A stretch of 64,000 nucleotides of DNA, taken from NCBI GenBank assembly GCA_017621875.1, contig JAGASE010000003.1:5473-69472 (forward strand), written 5' to 3'. Positions 1 through 9,430 of this stretch are shown in pieces. The position numbers and the translations under genes were made by a program. The stretch's first letter is position 1. The number at the start of each line of letters is the position of its first letter. Under the pieces are notes generated by a model. That model was given only the letters and a program-made list of their open reading frames with translations, did no database searches and was not told the DNA's origin. Source of the stretch: Clostridia bacterium. GTDB taxonomy: Bacteria; Bacillota; Clostridia; UBA1381.

Positions 1-566
1 TCAAGCTCATTTTTGACGTTTGCAACGCCGCTGTCGCACATGGACACAAGATATTCGGCAGTGTCCTTTGATATTTTCTTGCCTGCCTTTTGGACCTCCC
101 GCGAAACCCACGCGACAACCTCATAATCCTTCATGAACTTAAATTCCACGCAAAGACCGTACTTTGCCAAGGCCTTGTAAAGTACACTCCGCTTGTCCAC
201 CTCCTGCTCGTCGAAAATAAGCAGGACGTAGTCGGCAAGGGTGGAAAGGTGCGACTGCCAAAATTCCTTAACCTCGTCTGAGGCAGTCTTAAAAATACCG
301 CTGTTTTTTATTATAACCAGCTTTTTTTCCGCCATCATCGGAAAGGAATTTAAAGCGTCGTCAATTTTGTCAAAATCGGCATCCTTGCCATCTAAAAAAA
401 TGTGATTGAAATCCCCAAAGCCGTCATCGGGAATAAGCTTTTTCATCTGCTCAAGATACATATCCTTAACAAAGCCTTCCTCGCCAAAAAACAGATATAA
501 ATTGCCTGCAGAGCCATTCTTTAGCTGCTGCTTTAGTTTTAAAAAATTATCTTCCTTTGCTGCCAT
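1..566 (-). CDS. holA: DNA polymerase III delta subunit (HolA), N-terminal part; the gene runs off the left edge of the window
   Basis: Absent from the ORF track because it has no in-window stop. Manual minus-strand translation from the ATG at 566-564 (AGGAGG upstream) gives MAAKEDNFLKLKQQLKNGSAGNLYLFFGEEGFVKDMYLEQMKKLIP... and stays open to position 1. It lies directly downstream of comEC, the conserved Firmicute comEC-holA arrangement. Confidence 0.7.
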   Translation of the reverse strand, partial: MAAKEDNFLKLKQQLKNGSAGNLYLFFGEEGFVKDMYLEQMKKLIPDDGFGDFNHIFLDGKDADFDKIDDALNSFPMMAEKKLVIIKNSGIFKTASDEVKEFWQSHLSTLADYVLLIFDEQEVDKRSVLYKALAKYGLCVEFKFMKDYEVVAWVSREVQKAGKKISKDTAEYLVSMCDSGVANVKNEL

Positions 567-571
567 GGTTA

Positions 572-2887
572 TCAGCCTCCTTTTAGTGTGGTATACTTTA
601 TTTTACCGTTTTTCTTAATCTTGAAACGAATATCGCCGAGCTTGTCGGTACGCAGAATTTTTGAGCCTTCGTCGTTAAATCTTTGTAAAACTTCTTTTGA
701 TGGAAGTCCGTAGGAGTTATCCTCGCCAACACTGACTACAGCGTAAGCAGGGCTTAACTGTTTCACGTATTCCGGGAAACTGCCTGTGTCCGAGCCGTGA
801 TGTGCGACCTTTAAAATGTCGATATCGGCAGGATATTCTTCGCTTAATTTATCGGTGGAGTCGCCGGTAAAGACGGCACAAAATTCGCCGTAGCGAATCT
901 CGGCAACCAAAGACGTATCGTTAAGTTCAGGGCTTAACAGCTGATTCCGGTCGGGAGCAAGAAATTTTATTGTAAGCCCTGATTTAAAGCGGATTTCGTC
1001 GTTTTCCATCAAGTATCTGACGTTGATATTTTTCGCTTGTGCAATTTCTTCAAGCTTCAGTCGATACAAATTATCGGGAGAGCTGTCCGGCATTATAAGA
1101 GTATTTATTTTCAGATTTTCCGCGGCGGCGATTATTCCCTCAACGTGGTCCTTGTGATAATGCGAAACGATTGCCGTATCAATATCGGTAAAACCGTGGG
1201 AGATAAGATAGGGAAGGTATACCGCTTCGCCCAAGTTGTAGTCAGTCTGGTACTCGGCAGCACCACCGCCGTCAATTAAAATGGTGTCGCCGGCTGTTGT
1301 GCAAAGAACTGCACCGTCGCCCTGACCGACATTCACAAAGTAAATCGAAAGAGTATTAAAGCTATACTCCGATACAGAGGAAACCATAAGACCGCACATT
1401 ATAACCGAGAGAACACGCGTTTTGTCGGTCGCTGTCTGCAGGCTCAGGCGGCGTATACAAATCCACCAGCTGAGGCAGAAAATGATAATCGCTAAAAGCG
1501 ACGGAGTTTTGAGCGGCAGATAGTAAAACGGCAGCTTTTGTACCAAGTAGGGGATCCGCTCAAAAATCTGCAAAAGCTTGTCAATAACTGTGCCTATAAC
1601 GGGAGCAGTACCGAAGACTGTCAGCAATAAGAACAAAAATGGTGAAAGAGCAATGATGACAATTACCGCCGGCATTAAGAGCGTCATAAGCGGTATCGCG
1701 TATACTGATGAGCCGTTGTAATAGTAAGCCGAAAAGGGAAGCGTTCCTACAACTAAAATAATCCATATAGTGAGTGTTTGGTACAGTTTTGGGGATTTTA
1801 TACGGTGCTTTAGGAAAAAAGCGGATATTCTTTTGTAAAGCGTCGGGAAGGAGAGATACACCATCAGTGTGGAGATAACCGACATCGCAAAACCGCTGTT
1901 AAAGCACAGCATGGGGTCTATAACTGTCATAACGAGAACAATCAGCGACAAAACATCTGCCTTGTTTGCAAAGCCGAACAGACTTTTGCGGAAGATAATG
2001 ATGCCGGAAAGAGCTGCCGCCTTTAATATGGAGGGCGAGCCGCTGTTAAAAAGGGCATAAATTATAAGCAAAAGCATAGCGGTAAAGTCGCGGTTTTTCT
2101 TTGAGGAGCAGAGAAATGCTGCAATCAGAGAAATTAAAGTGATATGCAAATAGGATGCGTAAAGCACGCGTTTCATGCCCGTACGGGTAAGCAGCAGACT
2201 GTAGTCACGGGAAAACCCCGTTTTGTTGCCGGTTGTTATTGCTTTTAAGAATGCCGCACGATTGCCATCAAAATATGTATCTGTCAAATTGCATATTTTC
2301 TGCCGCAGTGTTCCGAAAAGAAACGCAGGAGAAAAAGAGGTCTTTTTGCCGACCTTGCTTATTTCATATGCGGTTAAACGGTTATAAATGCCCCGGCTTT
2401 TGTAGTAAAGCGAAAAATCGTACTCGTTTTCGTTGCTTATGCCTTCAAGCTCGGTTAAAAAGCCGGATGCGGTGATTTTGTCACCGAAATTAAAGGCTTC
2501 CTTTGTGCTTAAAATAATATTTGTATTTATTGAGTAGGTGGTTTGTAAATATGATATAGCGTCGGCTTTTAAGGTATATCTGTTTTGGTATGTATCCTCC
2601 GAGTATGCAGGCTGTGAATTGATAAAGCCGGTAACTGTCACATATTTTTCGGGAAATTCCTGATAAAGCCTATTCTGCGAAGCACCGTAATACCGCAGCG
2701 AGCCGAACGCGAAGGCAAGGCAGACGAACAGGAACGTAAATGCGGGGGCTTTTTTTATGAGACTGCGTATCAAAAATATAACGAAAACGGCGATTGCGGC
2801 AAACAATACTGCGGTCATGCCGATGTGGTGGGACAAAATTACGCCGAGAACGAATGCTATGGCAATAATCATGCAATCCGAAAACAT
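572..2887 (-). CDS. comEC: DNA internalisation competence protein ComEC/Rec2 (polytopic membrane domain plus C-terminal metallo-beta-lactamase domain)
   Basis: The ORF is open over 572-2959. It has many TM segments, and the C-terminal VNVGQGDGAV and VSHYHKDHVEG motifs are typical of the ComEC MBL domain. The start is placed at the internal ATG 2887 (MFSDCMII...) because GGTGG lies about 8 nt upstream. The longest ORF would start at 2959. Confidence 0.9.
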   Translation of the reverse strand: MFSDCMIIAIAFVLGVILSHHIGMTAVLFAAIAVFVIFLIRSLIKKAPAFTFLFVCLAFAFGSLRYYGASQNRLYQEFPEKYVTVTGFINSQPAYSEDTYQNRYTLKADAISYLQTTYSINTNIILSTKEAFNFGDKITASGFLTELEGISNENEYDFSLYYKSRGIYNRLTAYEISKVGKKTSFSPAFLFGTLRQKICNLTDTYFDGNRAAFLKAITTGNKTGFSRDYSLLLTRTGMKRVLYASYLHITLISLIAAFLCSSKKNRDFTAMLLLIIYALFNSGSPSILKAAALSGIIIFRKSLFGFANKADVLSLIVLVMTVIDPMLCFNSGFAMSVISTLMVYLSFPTLYKRISAFFLKHRIKSPKLYQTLTIWIILVVGTLPFSAYYYNGSSVYAIPLMTLLMPAVIVIIALSPFLFLLLTVFGTAPVIGTVIDKLLQIFERIPYLVQKLPFYYLPLKTPSLLAIIIFCLSWWICIRRLSLQTATDKTRVLSVIMCGLMVSSVSEYSFNTLSIYFVNVGQGDGAVLCTTAGDTILIDGGGAAEYQTDYNLGEAVYLPYLISHGFTDIDTAIVSHYHKDHVEGIIAAAENLKINTLIMPDSSPDNLYRLKLEEIAQAKNINVRYLMENDEIRFKSGLTIKFLAPDRNQLLSPELNDTSLVAEIRYGEFCAVFTGDSTDKLSEEYPADIDILKVAHHGSDTGSFPEYVKQLSPAYAVVSVGEDNSYGLPSKEVLQRFNDEGSKILRTDKLGDIRFKIKKNGKIKYTTLKGG

Positions 2888-2995
2888 ATTAATTTCCACC
2901 GCCCCTCTGTCTGCAAAATGATATGCATATATTGTATCATAAAAAGATATAAAGTGCAAATAAAAAAGGACAGATTACAATCTGTCCCTGAATTA

Positions 2996-4348
2996 CTACA
3001 TTACACGCTTAGCACCAACATATTTCAGTGAGCCGGTGAGCGAACTTAGCGACTGATAACGAACGGTTTTGCCTGCTCTCGGTGCGTGAAGTACCTGACC
3101 GTTGCCGGCGTATATGGCAACGTGGGATATACCGCCGCCGCGTGAGAAGAATACAAGGTCACCCGGCTGAAGGTTGCTTCTTGATACCGAAACTCCGCTT
3201 GAATACTGTGAGCTTGCGGAGCGGCCTATTGAAACGCCCAATTTTCTTAAAGAATACTGAACGAGTCCTGAACAGTCGAAACCTGACGGAGACGTTCCGC
3301 CGTAAACGTAGCGAGTACCGATGTATTTTGACGCCTCGTTAAGCAGCTTTGAGCCGCTGCCCGTTGCCGGAGCAGCCTGCTGTGTGCCGGCGGACTTAGC
3401 TGATTTAGCAGATTTTGCTGAATTAGCTGATTTATTTGCGGTCTTTGTTTGGGTGATAACCGAAACATTTGCGGTTTTTACGTATCCGATTTCGTTTGTT
3501 GCGGAAACGATAATTTTTGTCCAGTTTGTACCGCCGCTGATAACCTTGCAGTTTACCTTGTTTGCAAGTGTTGTTATAGTCTCGCTTTCATCGCTCGGAA
3601 GCACCTTTACGGGAACGGCTGCTTCGGTTGTGGTGATTTTTGCGTTTTTAGCCACAGCTGCAAGGCGGCTGTTTCTCTTTGCTGCGATATCGGTTCTTTT
3701 AACCATGTCGCCGATAGTAATGTACTGTGCCGAAACATAACCTATGTCGTAATTTTCACCGAAATATACCTTGTGCCAGCCGTTGTCGGTTGATTCGAGG
3801 ACAACAACCTCTTCGCCCTCTCCGATTTGTGCTAAAATCAAGGAATTTTCGTCTGCTGTGCCGCGGACGTTTATGCTTTGAACAGCTTTGCCCTCGCGGT
3901 ACATAACAGAATCTAAAAGAACGCTTTGTACTTTATTGTAATCAAGAGTTACAAATTCGGATTTTACATATCCTGTGTATTCGCCCTTTTCAATTTTGAA
4001 CCAATCCTCATCAATATCAATTATTTTAACCTGTGTGCCGACCTCAAGTACGTCTAAAATTGTGCTTTCTGTGTCCGCTGCGGCTCTTAAGTTGATACTG
4101 CCGCCGGAGGTTAAAATATATCCGTCATTTCCGACATAAATCTGCAGAGCAGGAGCGGAAATAGAGAAATCTGCGGTTTCGCCCTCGCCGTCGCCTGTTA
4201 AAACGGCAGGAGGTGCGTCAAAAGTTTCGATTTCCTGAGTGAGCTTGGTCGCTCTTACTGCTGAAAATTCAAGTGCCTGAACAGCAGCAAGTGAACCCAC
4301 TAACGATACTGCAGCAATGGCAGCCATCGCGTGCTTTAAGTTCCCCAT
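2996..4348 (-). CDS. Secreted NlpC/P60 peptidoglycan endopeptidase with SH3b-type repeats
   Basis: It has an N-terminal signal peptide (MGNLKHAMAAIAAVSLVGSLAAVQA). SH3-like repeats are present (W.KI..G..GYV). The C-terminal YVYGGTSPSGFDCSGLVQY...HVAIY is the NlpC/P60 Cys-His core. AGGAGG lies upstream. Confidence 0.85.
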   Translation of the reverse strand: MGNLKHAMAAIAAVSLVGSLAAVQALEFSAVRATKLTQEIETFDAPPAVLTGDGEGETADFSISAPALQIYVGNDGYILTSGGSINLRAAADTESTILDVLEVGTQVKIIDIDEDWFKIEKGEYTGYVKSEFVTLDYNKVQSVLLDSVMYREGKAVQSINVRGTADENSLILAQIGEGEEVVVLESTDNGWHKVYFGENYDIGYVSAQYITIGDMVKRTDIAAKRNSRLAAVAKNAKITTTEAAVPVKVLPSDESETITTLANKVNCKVISGGTNWTKIIVSATNEIGYVKTANVSVITQTKTANKSANSAKSAKSAKSAGTQQAAPATGSGSKLLNEASKYIGTRYVYGGTSPSGFDCSGLVQYSLRKLGVSIGRSASSQYSSGVSVSRSNLQPGDLVFFSRGGGISHVAIYAGNGQVLHAPRAGKTVRYQSLSSLTGSLKYVGAKRVM

Positions 4349-4625
4349 TATAATCCTCCTAAAAATATTTCTTAATTGTTACAAAATTATTATACAACAA
4401 AAAAGCTGATTTGTCAAACATTTTTAACAAGTTTTTAAAATTTTGTAACAATTAGGAATAAATTCTCACAAATAATTTTTTAAAAAATCGCATAGCTAAG
4501 CGGATTCTTGATGAAAAATAAATTTTTAATAATTTTAATAAAATTCTGTTATGTGAAGAAAAAAAGGAAATAATTGTTACAATATTACAATTTATTAAAA
4601 AATACGTCGTGAATGAAAATTAAGA

Positions 4626-4654
4626 TTGACAAACATAAAAAAATGGTGTATAAT
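4626..4654 (+). promoter_or_regulatory. Sigma-70 promoter for tRNA-Leu
   Basis: TTGACA (4626-4631), a 17 nt spacer, then TATAAT (4649-4654), about 40 nt upstream of the tRNA. Confidence 0.6.
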
Positions 4655-4694
4655 ATATAAGCAATTCAGAAATGAATAAATTAATTATTAATAT

Positions 4695-4781
4695 GCCGCT
4701 GTGATGGAATTGGCAGACGTGCGAGACTCAAAATCTCGTGGTAGTAATACCGTGTCGGTTCGACCCCGACCAGCGGCACCA
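4695..4781 (+). tRNA. tRNA-Leu (anticodon CAA), long variable arm, encoded CCA
   Basis: Cloverleaf read by eye. The acceptor stem is GCCGCTG/CAGCGGC. The anticodon loop is CTCAAAA. The long variable arm is GGTAGTAATACCGTG, the T-arm is TCGGTTCGACCCCGA, and the 3' end is ACCA. Confidence 0.9.
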
Positions 4782-4785
4782 CGTC

Positions 4786-4828
4786 GGAAATGGCTTAAAC
4801 ACTAGTGTTTTGAGCCATTTCCTTTTTT
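4786..4828 (+). terminator. Rho-independent terminator after tRNA-Leu
   Basis: The stem is GGAAATGGCT...AGCCATTTCC, followed by TTTTTT. Confidence 0.7.
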
Positions 4829-4942
4829 ATTTCTGCATGCAATTTTTATATTTTCTCGGTTTTTCCCCCAGTTTTCCCCCAGTTTCTTTTCAAGTAATGT
4901 ATTTATTACCATCCCTGCCTTTACCTTTTCGTTCATAAGCTG

Positions 4943-5728
4943 ATATTCTCGCCGGAATTTTTGAGAGAAGGCAGAGCACTTTTTGATAACCTTTATCCGT
5001 CAAGAATCATTGTTGGAGCAGTAGATGAATTAAAGGATAAGGCACATCAGTTTGCAGGTCTTTTAGCAGCGGGTGCAATTAAAGAGGATATTCCTGTTCT
5101 CATAATGAATACAACAGAAGCAGAGGCTGTTAAGCTGTTTGCAAACACATACTTAGCACTTCGTGTTTCATACTTCAATGAGCTTGATACATATGCTGAG
5201 GTAAGAGGACTCGATACAAAATCAATTATCGAGGGTGTAGGACTTGACCCGAGAATTGGCAGTCACTATAATAATCCGTCCTTCGGTTACGGCGGATACT
5301 GTCTACCAAAGGATACAAAACAGCTTCTAGCAAACTACAATAATGTTCCGAATAACATTATCGGTGCAATCGTTGATGCCAACAGAACAAGAAAGGATTA
5401 TATAGCCGACAGAATACTTCAATTAGCCGGCTTTGGAGTTAAGAAGAATCCTGTTGTTGGAATATACCGCCTTACGATGAAATCGGGAAGTGACAACTTC
5501 CGTCAAAGCTCTATTCAGGGTGTTATGAAGCGCATCAAGGCAAAGGGAGTTCAAGTTGTGGTATATGAGCCGACACTCGAAGCAGAAGATTTCTTCTCAT
5601 CAAAGGTGATGAAAGACATTGATGAATTTAAGAGCACTTGCGATGTTATAGTGGCAAACCGCTTTAGCAGTGAAATAGAAGATGTGATTAAAAAGGTTTA
5701 TACAAGAGATTTATTCTTCAGAGACTAA
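4943..5728 (+). pseudogene. ugd: 5'-truncated UDP-glucose 6-dehydrogenase fragment (central and C-terminal domains only)
   Basis: Homology starts abruptly at [25 protein letters not shown]. This motif sits roughly 130-140 residues into full-length UDP-glucose/GDP-mannose dehydrogenases. GGYCLPKD, the catalytic Cys motif, is present. No NAD-binding N-terminal domain, ATG or RBS is present, and the in-frame upstream sequence is unrelated. Confidence 0.7.
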
Positions 5729-5741
5729 TTGAATATATAAT

Positions 5742-5770
5742 AAAAACCTACGGACTTTCCGTGGGTTTTT
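5742..5770 (+). terminator. Rho-independent terminator after the ugd fragment
   Basis: AAAACCTACGGA-CTT-TCCGTGGGTTTTT. Confidence 0.65.
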
Positions 5771-5897
5771 AATTTGTCCCATATGTCCCGCACTATTATG
5801 TTATTATCTTCTACAGGAGAGAAGTATGAAGAGAGGATGATGCAACATGTGGGTATAAAATATTACTGAGAACAAAAAAGTAATAGGAGGAAAGAAA

Positions 5898-6457
5898 ATG
5901 GAATTTAATTTTGCGATAAAAAATGATATGCTTGTTTTAAAGGGACAGGCAAAATGTGTAACAGGAAATGTGAACTCATACATTTGTAAATTTGAAATTC
6001 TTACAAACAGCGAGCTTACATGGCTGTGCGTGTTTAAACAGGATGAAAATGCATATCAGCAGGTAATCGAAAACGGTAAATGTGTAATACCCAAAGAGGT
6101 GTTGGAGCAAGCAAAAGATATTCAAATTGGATGCTATGCTACCAATGGTGATATGCGAATCAGCACTAACTGGATTGAATTCAATGTGGTGAGGGGGCAT
6201 ATACCGAGGCAACTGCTCCTGATGAACCGACTCCGGATGTATGGGAAACACTTGTAATGCGTACACTCCCGTACATAGGCGAAAATGGGAATTGGTATGT
6301 ATATGATAAGGAAAACAATGAATATGTAGACAGCGGAAAAGTCGCAAAGGGCGAAAAAGGTGATATGCCGATAAAAGGCACGGACTACTGGACAGAGGAG
6401 GATAAAACAGAAATTAAAGCATATGTGGATGATGCCATTTTGGGAGGTGCATGGTAA
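5898..6457 (+). pseudogene. Phage tail-fibre-like protein split by a frameshift at a G5 tract
   Basis: ORF 5898-6257 (119 aa) ends in an out-of-frame tail. The -1 frame is open from 6179 and reads ...EGAYTEATAPDEPTPDVWETLVMRTLPYIGENGNWYVYDKENNEYVDSGKVAKGEKGD... through to 6457. The IGENGNW...GEKGD motif is typical of Firmicute phage tail fibres. The only homopolymer in the overlap window is GGGGG at 6193-6197. Confidence 0.55.
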
Positions 6458-7269
6458 TGAGTGTAAAAGAAAAGATGACTGCACTTGCAGATGAAATCCG
6501 TGCAAAAACCGGAGAGGATGAGCCCATGGCATTAGATGAAATGGCAAGTAAAATAGAAGATGTTTATAATATAGGAGTAGAAAAACAAAATAATATGTTT
6601 TGGGAATTATTTCAATGTGGAGGAAATAGAAATGCATATACATTTGCCTTTTCTTATTGGGATGCAGAAATGTTTTATCCTAAATATGATTTGAAAGTGG
6701 TCAGCGGGGACAGTATGTTTCGTTTTTTTGGACGAAGATTTGATGAGAACGGGACAATATACATTCCTGACAAGACTATTGATTTGACTGAACGATTGAA
6801 AAGCTGTGGAGTGAAACTCGATACATCAGAGTGGACATCTGGGGCTTTATTCACATTGCAGTCGGGATTTCATAGAATACCGGAGATAGATAGCAGGAAT
6901 ATAGATACTTTGTTAAATATATTTTCTTGGAATAGTCTTTTGGAAAAAATAGATAAAATAATATTAAAAAACGACGGAAGCCAGGTTTTTAGTGGCGTAT
7001 TTGTACATTGTTTAAAATTGAAAGACGTTATAATTGAAGGGAAGATAGGAAATGATTTTGACATTCATTGGTCTCCATTATCTAAAGAGAGTATATTATC
7101 AATTTTTAATGCACTTTTAGATATCAGTGAAGAAAAAAGCATATCACTTTCATTATCCGCAATCGATGAAGCATTTGAAACTACGGATGGTGCAGGAGAT
7201 GGCAGCACATCGGATGAGTGGAAAGAACTTTTAGGTACAAAATCGAATTGGACAGTTGTGTTGATGTAA
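6451..7269 (+). CDS. Phage tail-associated hypothetical protein
   Basis: It overlaps the preceding gene (ATGGTAATGA). The N-terminal KMTALADEIRAKTGEDEPMALDEMASKIEDV motif recurs in prophage tail-fibre-region proteins of gut Clostridia. This is from memory and was not searched. Confidence 0.55.
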   Translation: MVMSVKEKMTALADEIRAKTGEDEPMALDEMASKIEDVYNIGVEKQNNMFWELFQCGGNRNAYTFAFSYWDAEMFYPKYDLKVVSGDSMFRFFGRRFDENGTIYIPDKTIDLTERLKSCGVKLDTSEWTSGALFTLQSGFHRIPEIDSRNIDTLLNIFSWNSLLEKIDKIILKNDGSQVFSGVFVHCLKLKDVIIEGKIGNDFDIHWSPLSKESILSIFNALLDISEEKSISLSLSAIDEAFETTDGAGDGSTSDEWKELLGTKSNWTVVLM

Positions 7270-7282
7270 AGGGGTGCGTTAA

Positions 7283-7453
7283 ATGAAAATAAGAAAAATT
7301 TTATATGCTGAAGATGGAAAAATTCTTACTGATGGTAACATTTATGGTAAAGTAATATATCTTGCAAATAACCTGGATGAAAGTGATTTTTATGAAATTA
7401 CAGAAAGTGAATATGAGACGAAATTGGAAAAGACTTTAGAGGATATTGTGTAA
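7283..7453 (+). CDS. Small phage protein (56 aa) downstream of the tail-fibre genes
   Basis: Below the ORF-track cutoff. A GGGGTG RBS precedes the ATG at 7283. The product is MKIRKILYAEDGKILTDGNIYGKVIYLANNLDESDFYEITESEYETKLEKTLEDIV. Its position and style resemble the short ORFs that follow tail fibres in Firmicute prophages. Confidence 0.45.
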   Translation: MKIRKILYAEDGKILTDGNIYGKVIYLANNLDESDFYEITESEYETKLEKTLEDIV

Positions 7454-7560
7454 TTATAGTATTTGAATTTTTTATATTAACATATTTAGAACCAATCATA
7501 TTTACAGGAGCATTATCCAAAGGTTAATGCATAATTAAATTGACAAAATATTGTTGACGG

Positions 7561-7581
7561 ACTTTCTAACATTTTTCTAAC
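7561..7581 (+). repeat. Arm-type site candidate (2 x TTTCTAAC[A]); exact inverted copy of 28999-29019
   Basis: ACTTTCTAACATTTTTCTAAC is the exact reverse complement of GTTAGAAAAATGTTAGAAAGT at 28999-29019. Each contains two direct TGTTAGAAA units. Confidence 0.6.
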
Positions 7582-7638
7582 CAAACGTACTTTAATTGTA
7601 ATTTTAGTAAATGATTGATGGTGGCTGGGTTACTCTTG

Positions 7639-7741
7639 AAAAGTGGAAAAATTTCGCATCATTATGCGGGTTTTAGGTGATTTTACATAATGTTACTTAA
7701 TGCATTATAATATCACCTAAAACCGCCCTTTTTCCACTTTT
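7639..7741. repeat. About 100 bp long imperfect inverted repeat abutting and overlapping the att core
   Basis: The outer arms are AAAAGTGGAAAAA (7639-7651) and TTTTTCCACTTTT (7729-7741). The inner arms are GCGGGTTTTAGGTGAT (7666-7681) and ATCACCTAAAACCGC (7712-7726). Confidence 0.6.
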
Positions 7742-7781
7742 AATCAAGTTGTCCGGAGTTCGAATCTCCGATGGCTCACCA
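7736..7781 (+). mobile_element. attR-like 46 nt duplicate of the 3' part of tRNA-Lys(UUU)
   Basis: ACTTTTAATCAAGTTGTCCGGAGTTCGAATCTCCGATGGCTCACCA is identical to the anticodon-loop-to-CCA portion of the complete tRNA-Lys at 29086-29161, which is on the opposite strand. No 5' half is present here. Confidence 0.85.
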
Positions 7782-8046
7782 ATCAAAGACGCTTAAGCAC
7801 TATGTTTGAGCGACTTTTTGTTTGCAGATTTTTAAACAAAATATTTGGCATTACACAATTTGTTTTATATACCTACCCTATTGTTTGCCATAAAAACGAT
7901 AGAAAACTCCGAAATTACTCATCCCCGCTTTTATTATAAATATGCTGCGTGAAAAGACAGAAAGCGGCTTTACAGACTTGACAAGATTATTGAGTTGTGC
8001 TCAAAATTTCATCTTATAAAAGAATAAGTTTTGTACCCTATTTCCC

Positions 8047-8075
8047 TTGACAAAGACTGAACGCTGTGATATATT
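8047..8075 (+). promoter_or_regulatory. Sigma-70 promoter for the MFS transporter gene
   Basis: TTGACA, a 17 nt spacer, then TATATT. Confidence 0.5.
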
Positions 8076-8153
8076 ACATGTGTTTGAGTAAATATGTGGC
8101 AAATTTGAGCCTTAAAGAGCCCAATCCACGGAATCTGAACGGAGGAATGGTAT

Positions 8154-9362
8154 ATGCAATTATTCAAGGACACAGAGGTAAGAAAAGCATTTTACTTAGG
8201 AGCAATTTGTACGATTTCTTACATGGCAATTTATTTCGCAAGAAATATTCTCGGCGTAATAACGCCGGAAATGATTGAAACAACAGGCTTCACGATTGAA
8301 TTTATCGGCACACTCTCCACCTCCTGTATGATTTTTTATGCCGTAGGTCAGCTCATAAACGGCTTGGCAGGCGATATAATCAACGCAAAGTATATGGTCA
8401 GCGGCGGTTTGTTTTTGGCGGGAATATGTAATTTTATCGTTCCCTTTTCAAGCTCGTCTATGGTAATGCTTGCCGCATATAGCATGAGTGGCTTTTTCCT
8501 TTCTATGATTTATGCACCAATCACAAAGGTTGTTGCTGAAAACACACTCCCCGAATACGCCGTAAGATGCTGTTTGGGATATACGGTTGCGTCATTTTTG
8601 GGAGCTCCTGCAGCATCAATTGCGTCAATATTTTTTAATTGGAAAAATGTCTTTATATTATGCAGCCTTGTTCTTATGCTTATGGGAATCTCCTGCTTTA
8701 TCGTCTTTACAATATTCGAGAAAAACGACATAATACAATATAATCGGGTAAAAAAGGATAAAACCAAAGGCAGCGTCAAGGTTTTAATTCAAAATTCAAT
8801 CATAAAATTCACAATAGTTTCAGTTTTAACAGGTATTGTACGTACCTCGGTTGTTTTCTGGATTCCTACATATTTATCTCAGTATCTTGGATTTTCCTCC
8901 ACTGCAGCCGCCGCAATATTTACGGCTATAACTCTGATGAAATCGGCATCGCCGTTCTATAACGTATTTATATATGAAAGAATATTAAAGCGAAACATGA
9001 ATGCTATGCTGCTTCTTATGTTCAGCCTGAGTGCGGTATGCTTTGCCCTGATGTTTGTAATGCACAATCCGATACTAAACACCCTGTTTTTACTTCTTGC
9101 ACTGGTATCCTCGGCAGGTGCGTCCACAATGCTGTTCAGTGTATATTGCCCAAGTCTAAGCCATACCGGAATGGTTTCAAGTGCAACCGGCTTTCTCGAT
9201 TTTATGAGCTATGTTGCCGCAGCTACCGCGAATCAGCTGTTCGCCAATGCTGTTTCCGATATAGGCTGGGGAAACCTGATTCTTGTATGGGCAGCATTAA
9301 TGCTTGTCGGTGTTATCGCATCACTGCCGTTTAAAAAAACCAAGACCTTATCTGTTAAGTAA
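8154..9362 (+). CDS. MFS transporter (12 TM; organophosphate/sugar-phosphate antiporter-like)
   Basis: The 402 aa product has about 12 hydrophobic segments in a 6+6 layout with a basic central loop (RVKKDKTKGS). GGAGGA lies upstream of the ATG. Confidence 0.8.
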   Translation: MQLFKDTEVRKAFYLGAICTISYMAIYFARNILGVITPEMIETTGFTIEFIGTLSTSCMIFYAVGQLINGLAGDIINAKYMVSGGLFLAGICNFIVPFSSSSMVMLAAYSMSGFFLSMIYAPITKVVAENTLPEYAVRCCLGYTVASFLGAPAASIASIFFNWKNVFILCSLVLMLMGISCFIVFTIFEKNDIIQYNRVKKDKTKGSVKVLIQNSIIKFTIVSVLTGIVRTSVVFWIPTYLSQYLGFSSTAAAAIFTAITLMKSASPFYNVFIYERILKRNMNAMLLLMFSLSAVCFALMFVMHNPILNTLFLLLALVSSAGASTMLFSVYCPSLSHTGMVSSATGFLDFMSYVAAATANQLFANAVSDIGWGNLILVWAALMLVGVIASLPFKKTKTLSVK

Positions 9363-9401
9363 TTCTGTTTACATTTACCTGAACAATTTTTCGCTAAAGC
9401 A

Positions 9402-9430
9402 TTGACATTTACAAAAAATAAATTTATAAT
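9402..9430 (+). promoter_or_regulatory. Sigma-70 promoter upstream of hydG
   Basis: TTGACA (9402-9407), a 17 nt spacer, then TATAAT (9425-9430). This leaves a leader of about 130 nt. Confidence 0.55.
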
